A stretch of 57,930 nucleotides of DNA, counting the filler, from Sphacelaria rigidula (lineage: Eukaryota): the NCBI GenBank assembly GCA_964200075.2. It is 9 parts of 9 records of this genome, joined end to end, with 100 filler letters (N's around TTAATTAATTAA, not from the genome) between each part and the next. Parts side by side here need not be neighbours in the genome. Positions count along the whole stretch, not along the records: positions 38,689 to 45,036 come from CAXNAA020020619.1; positions 45,137 to 51,483 come from CAXNAA020020620.1; 7 more parts are not named here. One strand, written 5' to 3'. The stretch's first letter is position 1. Each line of letters starts with the position of its first letter. A program made the translations under genes and the position numbers. Shown here piece after piece: positions 38,955 through 49,877 of the stretch. Under the pieces are notes generated by a model. It made no database searches, was not told where the DNA came from, and saw only the letters and a program-made list of their open reading frames with translations.

Positions 38955-40749
38955 CTGATATTTCGGCCAGGGAACGGAAGACGTGGCTCTTCAACACTCG
39001 GACCGCGAAGCACTCCATTCGGGTGAACGCATGTATGCCAAAGTACCCCTTTTTCGCATTTTTCTTGTTTGCCGTTGCCTCTGCAGTGGTAGTCCCAAGC
39101 GCTTCGTGGCCAAAGGGATAACGTTCACCAATATACGGTGTTGTCGTACTACGATTAGATGAAACCAACACCGGTCCAACGTCTATGCAATACTAATATA
39201 TCCAGCGCCAGCCGATCAGCGATTGCGTTCACATAAACATGTCATCACTAGCGAATATTTTCGCCCGTATAAACCCTCCATGATCAGGTACGTGCTTTCT
39301 CGCGAACATCACGTATTGGTGAGTAAGTGTTCCCATTGCGAACATGACAGAAAAAGTGGAAAGCGTAGGACCATTCAGAGATACTGTACATTCGCTCGAT
39401 AACACTTGGGTTGCTCCATCTCGGGCGCATGCGTGCAAGTGGTGAGCAGTACGCCGACAAAATGACTCCAATGTCTTCGTAGTGGGCAGTCCTGAGGCAG
39501 CTTACTTTCAGAAATTGTCATGGGGCAAACATCGCATGGGAAATTGCATGGGACGGAAACTCTCATCCCGACCCATCCTCACGCGATGGGGAAGTTTCCG
39601 TGAGTTTTGTTTTGCGTCCCGTGGCCTTCGGGTGAGCGGGAATTCCCGTCCCGTCCCGTCCCGAAGTCCCGTAACCAGCCCTTGTTACTTGCTTTTCGTA
39701 CGCTGCTGCCACTCCGTCACGCTTTCTGACACACAGCAATGAAGCTATTGGTTTCTATCCGTGGATATATAGGTCGATTTCCTGGGACAACGAACTCGTC
39801 CTGACGACTAGGAAGGCATTACAAGGTACAACGCAAATAAAAGCACTTCGCATCTGTAGTAGGTCTCAGGTATTTCCGGCATGTCTTTCATTTTTTTTGC
39901 ATCGTCGTCCCCATGAATCTGTCGCGAAGATTTACTGCGTTCTAGATTTCTGGCGAAGATTATGCATGTGGACCACATCGCCAAGTGTCCCCATACATGC
40001 CGTCGGGAACTTCGTCCAAATATCTGAATTCGTCGGATGCAGCTGTAGCATTCAAATTCCGCTCTTTTCCAGCTCCGAGCGTTGATACCCCGCGGACGGC
40101 AACAAGCCCTGAAACCCTGTCTCAATCATAATACGTGCCATCCCCCAGGGTAAGGAACACTTGAACTAATCCGAACTTTGGTTTGGCAAGTTCAATCTGC
40201 CTTCTTCTTTGTTTCGGTGTGTTGTTTCTCACTTCTCACGTCTCACTTATCTTCGTTTGTCTCTTGTATCCTCCCGCCGTTTCCACTTTTCGTTTACCTC
40301 CGGTACTCTACGTTCATCTTGTCACCACAGCTCGGTCCCTCGGGGATCATTTCTTTTTCGACAATCAACCAATCGATCAATCAAAGATCTAACGCAACGG
40401 AAATACCCATGCTCGTTTCGATTCCCACGCGTAGCCGCATCATGCTCTCGGTTACCAGCCAGGCATCGCCGGAGAGCTGAGCCCTTCTCCTTCACATGCA
40501 TGTACACAACGCCACATACATACGTATATATTACCGCCCGTCCCACGGAGAATGATACAACACATGGCTTTTTGCGATAAAGGAGCTTCGGAATACATGA
40601 TAACAGGTGCTGATCAACATACCCCTTTATACCGTGCTGTACCAGTATCGTTTCGCCAGATTCATTTTAGTAAACGCATACACGGCGCAACCGTACAAAT
40701 GGCGATAGCTATCTTTTACGCTCTATATTGACGCTGCACCTCATTGTCC

Positions 40750-43020
40750 GGAAGGGGGGCGTACTCATTCGTTGCTTGCCTCAGTCGTTCGACCATTGAC
40801 CACGCATCCCTTTCGAGGCGGAGCACCGTTCCTACTCCTCATACAAACACCTCCAACATTCCGGTGACCATTACGTTTCTTCCATACACTGCACAAAAAC
40901 CTATTACATATCTTATCCCCGTCCTGTTTCGCCGTCTCTGGCCACCATCTATCTCCTAGTATAGCCATCGTTTTCTCACTACTGTCTAATGCATCAAGTG
41001 ATTTCATGCCATCTTCGTTCACGTCCCGCATTTCCCCCTCTTACACGCCCCGTTTCTCCTTGTAAAGTTCACATTCTGCAGCTATATGACTCCGGCTCTC
41101 TAATGCTTTGCCACAGAGGCAGTTCTGCCCATCTACTTTCTCCTCCTTTCGACCACTGGTAACTCTCTTTCTTCTTTCTGGCAGGTCTAGTTCCCCCACC
41201 CGGAATCGCAGTTTCATATTTTTCGCCGCGTCCATGGGGCCATGCAGATATGTTTTCATTCCGATCCCCTCTCTCACTCCCCCGTATATCTCCAGGTGTT
41301 CTTCCTCACCTACCTTGCGTCTGAGCGCTCCTTTCCCCCTTATTTCTATCATGCCTCTTACTTTTGTTTTGTACTCCTCGCCTTCACTTTTGGACAGTAT
41401 TTCGTCTTGGTTTCCTCATATCTCGTTCCATATTTTCTCGACTTCTCTATCCCACCTTATACCACGCCCTTTCGTACTTTTCTTCCATACAGCCTTATCA
41501 ACTATAGCTGGCAGTCTCTTCCTCTACATATTCTTTACGCTATATTGCCATCTCTACCGGATTTCCCTTATCTTCGTTACACACGAGTACTGCGCACTTA
41601 TTAAAATTCGCTGTCACTCTCCATTTCCTAGTGTGCTCTAGCGCCTTGTCTGTCTGGTTTTGCAATCCTTCTGCTGTTCCTGAAATCCCCACAAAATCAT
41701 TTGCGAACATCAAGCCTGATAACACATCTTCACCCACCTTCACCCCTTGCTTTGCTGCTTCTATTGCTAGTATCAACTCATTAATGAATACCTTGAATAA
41801 AGTGGGTGATGACGTACATCCTTGTGCAACTCCTTAAAAAATATCAAAATATTTATTTCCCCGTCTAGCATCATGGCACTCTTGGCACAATCTGCCATGT
41901 TCTTCACCATTCGCCACATCTTTCCTCTGATCCCAGTTTCCCACAAGTTTTTCCACAGCCCATATCTCTGAACTGTGTCATAAGTTTTTGCACGTCCAGA
42001 AAGAAACAGTACGGTGTCAACCCGGCGTCTTTCCTACCTTAAATAATCTTACCTAGTGTGTACACATGGTCTACGCAACTGCGGTTTGGTCTGAATGCTG
42101 CTTGTGCCTCGATAATTTTGTCTCCTGTTTCTAGCATCGTTCCTACTCTATTGCTCAGAATCTTACAAAATGTTTTCCCCACCATGCGCAGTTGCGTTAT
42201 CCCTCTATAGTTCCCTGGGTCAGTCTTGTCTCCTTTCTTGAAAAGATTGACTACTACGCCTTGTCTCTACCTCTTGGGCGTGTACTCGTTTCCCCATATC
42301 CAGTTATACAGCATAACCATCATGGTAATCATTCCTCACCTCCCATGCTTTGGAACTTCATTCACTATTCCGTCTGCCCCTGCTGCCGTTTTGTTCTTGG
42401 GTCTAGCTACGCACTCCTTTACATCATATCTGGTAAATTCTCTCTGCAATTCTTTCGAACCTATCCTCCCGTTTTGACGTCTCTACATTTGCTTCTGCCC
42501 ACTCGTTGATCTCTTTTTCGAACTCTGTGTCGAACTTCGTGTTGGTTTTTGGTGTTCCTTGTTGACATTGGTGCTCGACCAGCACTTCTCTTTTTCCCTT
42601 CGAACTACTGACCATTTTACCGTTCTGTGCCCCCACTGTGACTATCCCGTTGTCTATCTTTCTTGCCTGGATTCCCATAATCCCTTTTATCTCTACCCAC
42701 ATTTGTTTCATCCCTCCGTCGAAATCTTCATTTGTTTTATTCACTACACCTCCCAAAACTTCCTTTTTCTTCTGTGCCATCTTTTTCTCTTCCTTTCGAG
42801 CTTTACATACGCCTCCCATCCTGCCGTACTTTGGCTCGACATCATCTCGAGTGGGCCTCTCTCCTTACTCTGATAGCCTCTTTTACTTCCTCATCCCACC
42901 ATTTGATTGTTCTGTTTCATACGATCGATTTCCTCCCAATTACTTAACACTTTTTTCTTGACCATCTGCTCCCATCCTTCTACAATCTTCACTCCTGCCC
43001 TATTTTTTCCATTTCGGTGT
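40750..43020 (-). mobile_element. 5'-truncated, decayed non-LTR retrotransposon (LINE) with RT and C-terminal CCHC motif
   Basis: FRPNRSCVDHVYTL, FFLDVQK, GVAQGCTSSPTLFKVFINEL and GLMFANDFVG (FADD equivalent) RT motifs; CLCGKALESRSHIAAEC; multiple frameshifts and stops; lies inside PIH1 intron 3. Confidence 0.92.
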
Positions 43021-43025
43021 CAACT

Positions 43026-43115
43026 GTACCTACGGGGGGGAAATGGGTTGATCCCTCGAGACCACGGACTGGTCCCGAAGAAGGGGAGAAGTTTAGGGTG
43101 CGACTAAAAATTAGA
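43026..43115. repeat. Short dispersed repeat (inverted copy at ~54930-55023)
   Basis: atgggt.gatccctcgaga..acggact.gtcccga.gaagggga shared. Confidence 0.7.
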
Positions 43116-43480
43116 ATAACAAACAATATGTGAGGATACAACGTTGGTGTTTGTTTTTTATTTTGCTTCTGCAATGAGATGCTGTATATGGGTAGGCGAA
43201 TAGCAAGTGGATAACTCATGTATTCCCTGAGAGTACCGGTTATCGCCTGCTGGAGAGGGAACTCGCTCATTGAAAAATCATGAAAATAGAACTCGCTTAC
43301 ACGCGATCGCGCGTCACGTTCTAACACGTATCCCACAATGCCATGTATAATTATCCTTGACACCGAGTACCTAATTGTGGCGAAGAAAACATCCAGGAGG
43401 CTGCAGTAAAGTTACAACGTCACGAGCCATTCTCCGTTGCTTGCATGTGCTGCACGTGATATGAGCTTCGGATGACTGAC

Positions 43481-43650
43481 CATGATTCCTTGTGGCTTCA
43501 TCTTCACGCCGCCAGATCCCTTACTGCCCACGCCGGGAAGATTGATATCCGTTTTTTGGCCACCCGCCTTAGCCCTGGCTCCCGTAATTTCAGCCGCTGC
43601 CTCCGTCGCACGCAATTGCTCCGCACGAGCTCCTGACCACGCCTCGCCGC
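43481..43650 (-). CDS. PIH1: PIH1-domain protein, exon 3 (acceptor position tentative)
   Basis: ccag|GC phase-1 acceptor; GEAWSGARAEQLR...GGVKMKPQGIM; ATG|GTCAGT phase-0 donor joins in frame to exon 4 (GIM-ISPRPGF). Confidence 0.7.
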
Positions 43651-43822
43651 CTGGCTCGACACGGCGAGGCGTATTCGACCAGCCGGGGAACATCGCCAAG
43701 GAAAGAAAATTCTACATCGACAGGCAAACGCGTGATGGCAGGCAAGCGTTTATCGGCAAGGAGATGTGCGCCGACAACCAAAAGCGCATCTCCAAGCCGT
43801 GGGACATCGACAAGCTCCCTCA

Positions 43823-44130
43823 ACAAGCTCACGTACACAGAGTCACGGTCACAAGAATATACACTATCCTAGGTAACCCACCCACTTCCAGTGCAGCATA
43901 CTATAACGCACCGCTTGAACAGCGTGCCTAAGGTATGCGCATTTTGAGCTTATGATCATCCCGTCATTAAACAGAGACAAGCTCACGTACACAGAGTCAC
44001 GGTCAAAAGAATATACACAATCCTAGGTAACTCAACCACTTCCAGTGCAGCATACTATAACGCGCCGCTTGAACAGCGTGCCTAAGGTATCTGCATTGTG
44101 AGCTTTATAATCATCCCGTCATTAAACAGA
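43823..44130. repeat. 154-bp tandem duplication in PIH1 intron 2
   Basis: acaagctcacgtacacagagtcacggtca...atcatcccgtcattaaacaga starting at 43823 and 43977. Confidence 0.92.
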
Positions 44131-44213
44131 ACAGCGGCGTCTGGTTGCTACCGCGTGTCGCAGAATGCTTGCGAATATGTTTTTGTGCAATGTTGTCCTT
44201 CCGCAGCTCTCAC

Positions 44214-44364
44214 CTTTCCCCCCTAGCGCGTCGTCGGTCCCGGGTCGTCCTTCCAAAAGGGAAGCGAACACTTCCGGCTTTTCTGCCGCTAGTTTGGCTG
44301 CGTCGGCCGCCATCTGCACGTACTCCTCGAACTCAGCTGGGTTGGTCTCCTTCAAGCGCATCAG
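44214..44364 (-). CDS. PIH1: PIH1-domain protein, exon 2
   Basis: tcacag|CTG...AAA G|GTGAGA; LMRLKETNPAEFEEYVQMAADAAKL..., resembling the helical pre-PIH1 segment; phase 0 to 1. Confidence 0.8.
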
Positions 44365-44660
44365 CTGTGACATTTACACGTGGTGAAAACCAAGGCACGG
44401 CCACAAACAACAAAGACATAAGCTGGACAACAGGCGACCATCTGGCATTGTCGATGCTGGATAAACAGAACTCCGCAGAGTATGGCCGACTACACTGTTT
44501 TCGTTGCGCGAAAGTTGGAAATATATGTATCCCACCATTCGCGGCCACTGGCACCTAGACACGGTGATGTCAGAACATCGCTACGTAGAGGGAGACACAG
44601 CGCACGTATACCCAGTGGCCAGTACCATCAGTCGGGAATCAGGTCAAGGAGAGCACCTAC

Positions 44661-44729
44661 ATCCGCCATTTCCTCCAGCTGCTTCTGCTGCTGCCATGTC
44701 GCATCTGTCGAGCCCATGAAATCAGCCAT
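44661..44729 (-). CDS. PIH1: PIH1-domain protein, exon 1
   Basis: MADFMGSTDATWQQQKQLEEMAD|GTAGGT; phase 0, in frame with exon 2. Confidence 0.7.
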
Positions 44730-45036
44730 TGGAACTCCAGCGGCCGTGCGTGCACTCTTATGGTGGGGATATCGCCCACACTGCATTACGCAAGAGGGAC
44801 AGGGGGTTATCGTGATGCGCATCGTCATTGGCCAGTGTCGCTATATTGGCGATCGATCGATCATTGTTCCTCGATGGTAAATTTCGCGATAGTTCCAGCT
44901 CAGCAAGCCCCTCGGACACTTCCTACGATAGCCCCCCCCCCCCAGCCTGGTCCATGAGTACGCCCCCCAGCCTGGTCCGGCGAGAACCCGGCGTGCTCCG
45001 TCCCGGCTTTGTGAGGGCGGACCCCCGATGGGATTG

Positions 45037-45136
45037 NNNNNNNNNNNNNNNNNNNNNNNNNNNNNNNNNNNNNNNNNNNNTTAATTAATTAANNNNNNNN
45101 NNNNNNNNNNNNNNNNNNNNNNNNNNNNNNNNNNNN
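45037..45136. other. Artificial contig linker
   Basis: 44N-TTAATTAATTAA-44N. Confidence 0.98.
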
Positions 45137-45490
45137 AAGGCAAACAACAAATGAGTACGCCCCCCCCCCCCCCCCCGGTATCGATCGAAGGCACTTGCGG
45201 ACGGTACTTCCCTCGGGTTATTGTCGCATACAGGCTAGCTCCTCAAACCTCATTTCATTGATCAACCTCATTTTATAGAATCCCCTGTTAATAGTATAGC
45301 GCGCAGCAGCATTGAGTGTAAGTAAAAATGATCGATGTTTGTTGCTTGTGTAGAGCTGCGAGAAATTCTTCAGTTTCGTGTGCAGCGTCACGTGCGTGTC
45401 CCTGACGTTTGTATTTTACTCATGCTCCGATCGTGAAGCACCTATTTCCGCATTCGCACCGTGCTTTCTTCCATTGTCGGGGCATTCCAG

Positions 45491-45607
45491 TGTGCGTGCT
45501 CGAAGATGACGGTCCAGTTCCAACTCCCGAGTCGACGTGTGCAGAAGCTGACGGCCTCTGCTCCATCGTGGATGACTGCTGCGGCGATCTCTTTTGCGTA
45601 CAAGGAA
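45491..45607 (+). CDS. Multi-module cystine-knot-like protein, cassette exon A
   Basis: ttccag|TG TGC...GGA A|GTGAGT; 117 nt, phase 1-1; CVLEDDGPVPTPESTCAEADGLCSIVDDCCGDLFCVQG. Confidence 0.85.
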
Positions 45608-45868
45608 GTGAGTTTGGGGTGTATATTCACTTCCCCTGTGTTGAACACACTGTGCGGTTGCTACCATAGCATGAACTGCCGTGGTTGATTTGTCTCGACT
45701 TCTGCATGATAAGCGTGCGAAGGCCGAGAATAGGTAAATGTAGGAGACCCCTTCATCTACCACGCACTTGGCGACCCTCCCCACGTGTCCTTCCGAATCG
45801 AAGCTCAAGTCGTTTCTGATCAACAAGACGTGTCGATTAACTGCTGTATTCCGTTTTTTGTTCTGCAG

Positions 45869-45958
45869 GATGCGTAGCGCACTCTGGCTGCAGTGACGAG
45901 AACGGCGGCTGTGCTACAGATTCCGGCTGTTGCGGCGATCTGAAGTGCCAGAACGACG
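45869..45958 (+). CDS. Multi-module cystine-knot-like protein, cassette exon B
   Basis: ctgcag|GA TGC...GAC G|GTGTGT; 90 nt, phase 1-1; CVAHSGCSDENGGCATDSGCCGDLKCQND. Confidence 0.85.
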
Positions 45959-46711
45959 GTGTGTCCTATTGCAGTCCCTTGCGTGCCGTGGTAAACAGTG
46001 GCCCAGCGCAGCACTTGGACTCAGCAGAAGTGAACGATGGACCAATGTTGGTTTACAGGACAACGGTGGTGGTTCTTGGGTTCGCTGTGACCCAGAGCGG
46101 TCGTGTTGATTAAGTATACTGCAATAGGGCTACTATTCGAACATACGTTGTCGGCAGCGGCAACGACGATGTGGCGATGACTGCTATGTGTACTGTTACA
46201 CCGCCCTCAAGGTGTATGTGCAGCATGCGACAACCTGGGTCGCCTTACGTGAGGACTTCGTCGCAAGTTTAGGCTGTGCCTCACATGATGGTTGCGGTAC
46301 TTATGAGTGCGCCGACCCCTGCAGGATTTGTTCCGTCTTCATTCATCTTTTCTCCCGGCTCGGCGCAAACGTGCGGTGTGCATTCGGAGAACGAATCGTC
46401 GTTGGTCAGTACGGTGGGCGTACATCTGACGGGCGAATGCGCCATCTGATACATGCAAATCCGTGGCAACTATAGTACGGTGGCCTGTACGTATATGCGA
46501 TGCAATGAACATACCCACACGGTATTGGGATAATATGATGTGGTAACTTGACCTGGTGTAAGGTCACGTTCCCAGTAATGTTTCATTCCCGCGGCACGTG
46601 CAATGCTCCGGAACTGCCATCACCTCATGTGTAGCAACAATGTCTCCTGTCAAGGTTGTCGTCGATTCTTACCCATTTACCCCGCACCCCCGTTGTATCC
46701 ACATGTGCCAG

Positions 46712-46954
46712 TGTGTCTGCCCGCTGGTCAGGATCCTACCCCCAGACCGGTGGCTCCCACCCCTGTACCGGTTGCACCTACCCCCGCACCGGTCGTGCCT
46801 ACCCCCGCACCGTTTGTGCCTACCCCCGCACCGATCGTACCTACGCCGGAACCGGTCGCGCTGACCCCGCCACCCTCACCCGTGTGCTCCAACGAGTTCG
46901 GGGCATGCTCTCCCGATACTCCTTGCTGTGACGGATTGACCTGCACCAATGACG
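46712..46954 (+). CDS. Multi-module cystine-knot-like protein, cassette exon C (Pro/Thr linker + module)
   Basis: tgccag|TG TGT...GAC G|GTAAGC; 243 nt; CLPAGQD(PTPAPVx)n...CSNEFGACSPDTPCCDGLTCTND. Confidence 0.88.
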
Positions 46955-47367
46955 GTAAGCTAGCGTTGTTCTAGTATCGTGTAGACGTATGGGAACTCAG
47001 GAGCAGTCCCAGTTTTTTCTCCCTTGCGGCACACAGAATGGTTATACTTTATCCGGGTTTTCATCCAAGACTTGCCACATCCATCCGAGACTACGGACAT
47101 CATGCTTTCCCTCGTATTTTTCCTGTTCTGTACATCCCATCTTGTGCGCCTTGTACGATGTGAAATCCGTAGTTTCTTGAACCCCCATATTATCTTGAAC
47201 ATACACGTGCTGCATCAAACGGAAAACTGTGGAAACAATCAGACCGGAAGTTATGATGCCTGAAGATGTCAAGGCTCGTCTTTTCCAGTTTTCTTCCCGA
47301 GCCGAGCCAACGCTACTCGTTATTTTCTGAGCTGGCTTCCTTCATCATTGCTGTTATTGTTTTACAG

Positions 47368-47469
47368 TGTGCGTGTCTGGCGGCTCCTGCTTTGGGCAGT
47401 TCGACGCTTGTATCACCGACGCTGACTGCTGCGAGGGCTTGGAGTGCGGCACCAACGGGGTAGTAGACC
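47368..47469 (+). CDS. Multi-module cystine-knot-like protein, cassette exon D
   Basis: tttacag|TG TGC...GAC C|GTGAGT; 102 nt; CVSGGSCFGQFDACITDADCCEGLECGTNGVVD. Confidence 0.88.
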
Positions 47470-48372
47470 GTGAGTACAGATCCCACAGAATGTGACTGTG
47501 ATGATTGCGTCAGGATGTTGCACGTAGTTTTGCCCTCTCGAGATCGAACAATATCCCGACCAGATAGCTTTTCGGATTTGAAGATCCTGGTAGGCAAACA
47601 AACAGCGATATAGCTGCCCCTGTTTCGTGAAACCAAAATATCAAACACCGTGTCATCCCTGTGTGTAAACGGGAACACTGAAGAAGGCGTATCTGTAGCT
47701 GAAATATATGTTTTCACGAGCCAATATGGATTTGGTACGGAGTCCCGTCCCGGAATCTATTGGGTAAAATATGTCACCCAAAAAGGACGCAAAGATATAT
47801 AATACCAGCGGGCCGAATAATGCCACAACTCCTTTCTTTACGCCTCCCTTTCTTTGTCGAGCTTTATTTTGCAGGCGTTTTCGATGTGTTTACGTTCAGT
47901 AGTACGTCTATCTCGTGACCATGGCCAGACTCCTATGAGGTCATTTACCGTGCGACAGTAAAAATATCAATCAATTCACACGGAGCTCGGTAAACAACCT
48001 AACGAACTATGAGGTCACCGACACCCCCAACGCCACCATGGGTAGCTACTGCTTTTTCCGACCTGAAGGTGTTCGAAAACAAACCATGTCTGCACATGTG
48101 TCAACTACCTATTAATTCCTCGATGGTTTTCTCGACAATCATTCGGTCAACCCGCCAATTGCTGTTTCGACCAACCTGAGAAGCATTGATTGTGCCCATT
48201 CGACGGAATACATCGCAATCCAGCCGAGCAACAACGTTGGATGGGACTATCGAAGCCTTTTCCGGTGGCCGCTCGAACTTTGTCTTTCGCTTTTCCATGA
48301 CGTTGGCCCGCCAGACTACAAACCTGTCACATTCTTGCCGCGCAACCGATTTCTTTTTGATATGTTGTGCAG

Positions 48373-48582
48373 TATGCCTGGTCTCACGGACCACGCGTTC
48401 CTGCGGTGACGAGTTTGATAAGTGTGTCGCTGACACGGACTGTTGTGGAAGCTTGGAATGCGTAAACAACGGCAGCCTTGACTTGTGCGTTTCGCCGCAA
48501 GCGCCCGGATGCGAGAGCTTGGGCGGAGCGTGCAGTACCACTGCGGACTGCTGCGACGTTGGCCTCACATGCATCGACCAAA
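48373..48582 (+). CDS. Multi-module cystine-knot-like protein, cassette exon E (two modules)
   Basis: gtgcag|TA TGC...CAA A|GTAAGC; 210 nt; CLVSRTTRSCGDEFDKCVADTDCCGSLECVNNGSLDLCVSPQAPGCESLGGACSTTADCCDVGLTCIDQ. Confidence 0.88.
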
Positions 48583-49007
48583 GTAAGCAGCCCGAAAAAG
48601 TGCACCGCTACGTGAAGTTCGATGGATGTTCAGTGGATCGGTGCATCTGCAATCTGTCTACATTTCAATGTATGGCAACATTTACGAAGGCGGGTCGAAA
48701 ACTTGCTTCCTGTTTTATTCCACATGGTATATATACATAATTATACGTAACTTGAATGTACGTAATTGGCACAACGAAGCGGTTTGGTCTAATACGAGGA
48801 AATGGGTAAACGCAATATGTGACAGACCGCTCAGTTCGAGGTCAGCGAAGCTCCGTAGATGTGTAAGTCTAACCTGCGAGGGTGCGACACTGGGTTGGCC
48901 GTATATCAGATGGTATGACTGGGATATGGAGGCTGGTGGTGCAGAGTGCAGGGTCGCCTCTATTCATCGCCTGACGTAGCTTTCGCTGTTCCTCGATTCT
49001 TCCGCAG

Positions 49008-49109
49008 AGTGCGACTTCGACGACACCTGCGCCGAGCTTGGTGAGCGATGCGTCAACGACGCGGACTGCTGCGAGAACGACGACTTTATCCTCTGCTGTT
49101 ACGACAACG
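49008..49109 (+). CDS. Multi-module cystine-knot-like protein, cassette exon F
   Basis: tccgcag|AG TGC...AAC G|GTAAGC; 102 nt; CDFDDTCAELGERCVNDADCCENDDFILCCYDN. Confidence 0.88.
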
Positions 49110-49812
49110 GTAAGCAAAAACTATGAAGTGCGATAGACCTGGCCACTTCTTGGAGATTTTCAATTGTTGGTGAGCGCATTGTGTCGTTCCATCCATCAGC
49201 TATAATACTGTCACTTAGAATTGACTGTCAGACCATCTGCAATTATAGTTTTGAAGATACCATGGATGTACTACTTACTACGTTAACACGGTCGACGCAT
49301 CCCGCGTGTAGCCACGTGACGGCCGCGAGTTGGATACTTCACGTAACGCCGTACCTCCTATATTCGAGGACTACAGGGTTTGGCGATATTGAATACATTA
49401 TTACACTTAGATCGTCTGTTTCCCCCCCCCTTCATCTATTTCAAGTGCACATTAAAGACATTGTGTTTTGGAGAGAAATACCAATCCAATTCTACAATAT
49501 TATATCGTCCGTCGTGAGCCCAGCACATATTCCCCCTTCTCCTCGGAATATATATACATAATTTCGCCGCTTTCCTCCTGTGTGCCCCCGACTTATGCGC
49601 CCACATATACCGAAAGTTGTAGAGTGGCGTCCGGAATAGATGGGAGGACAACACACACATCACAGTTTGGCCGCCACGCTCAATAGATCGACAGCCGAGA
49701 TACATGGTAACTGGCGGTAGTAGCAAGAGAAGGCAAACCTGGCCGTGTAGAGGTGAATGATGAGACACCATGGCTTAAGGTGTGCAACTATGCGGTCCTG
49801 TGCTTGCTGCAG

Positions 49813-49877
49813 AGTGTCATTATTTCTTTGGTCGTCATCATTGGTCATTGGCATTGAGCAGCATTTGTTTCAAGTGA
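49813..49877 (+). CDS. Possible terminal exon of the cystine-knot-like gene
   Basis: ctgcag|AG TGT shows the same 'NN then Cys' start as the other exons; reads (E)CHYFFGRHHWSLALSSICFK*. Could be chance. Confidence 0.3.

Noticed and set aside
46260..46335. Cys-containing stretch GCASHDGCGTYECADPCRIC as another module exon
   Set aside because: Lacks the CC and the C-x6-C-x5 spacing, and has no convincing donor.
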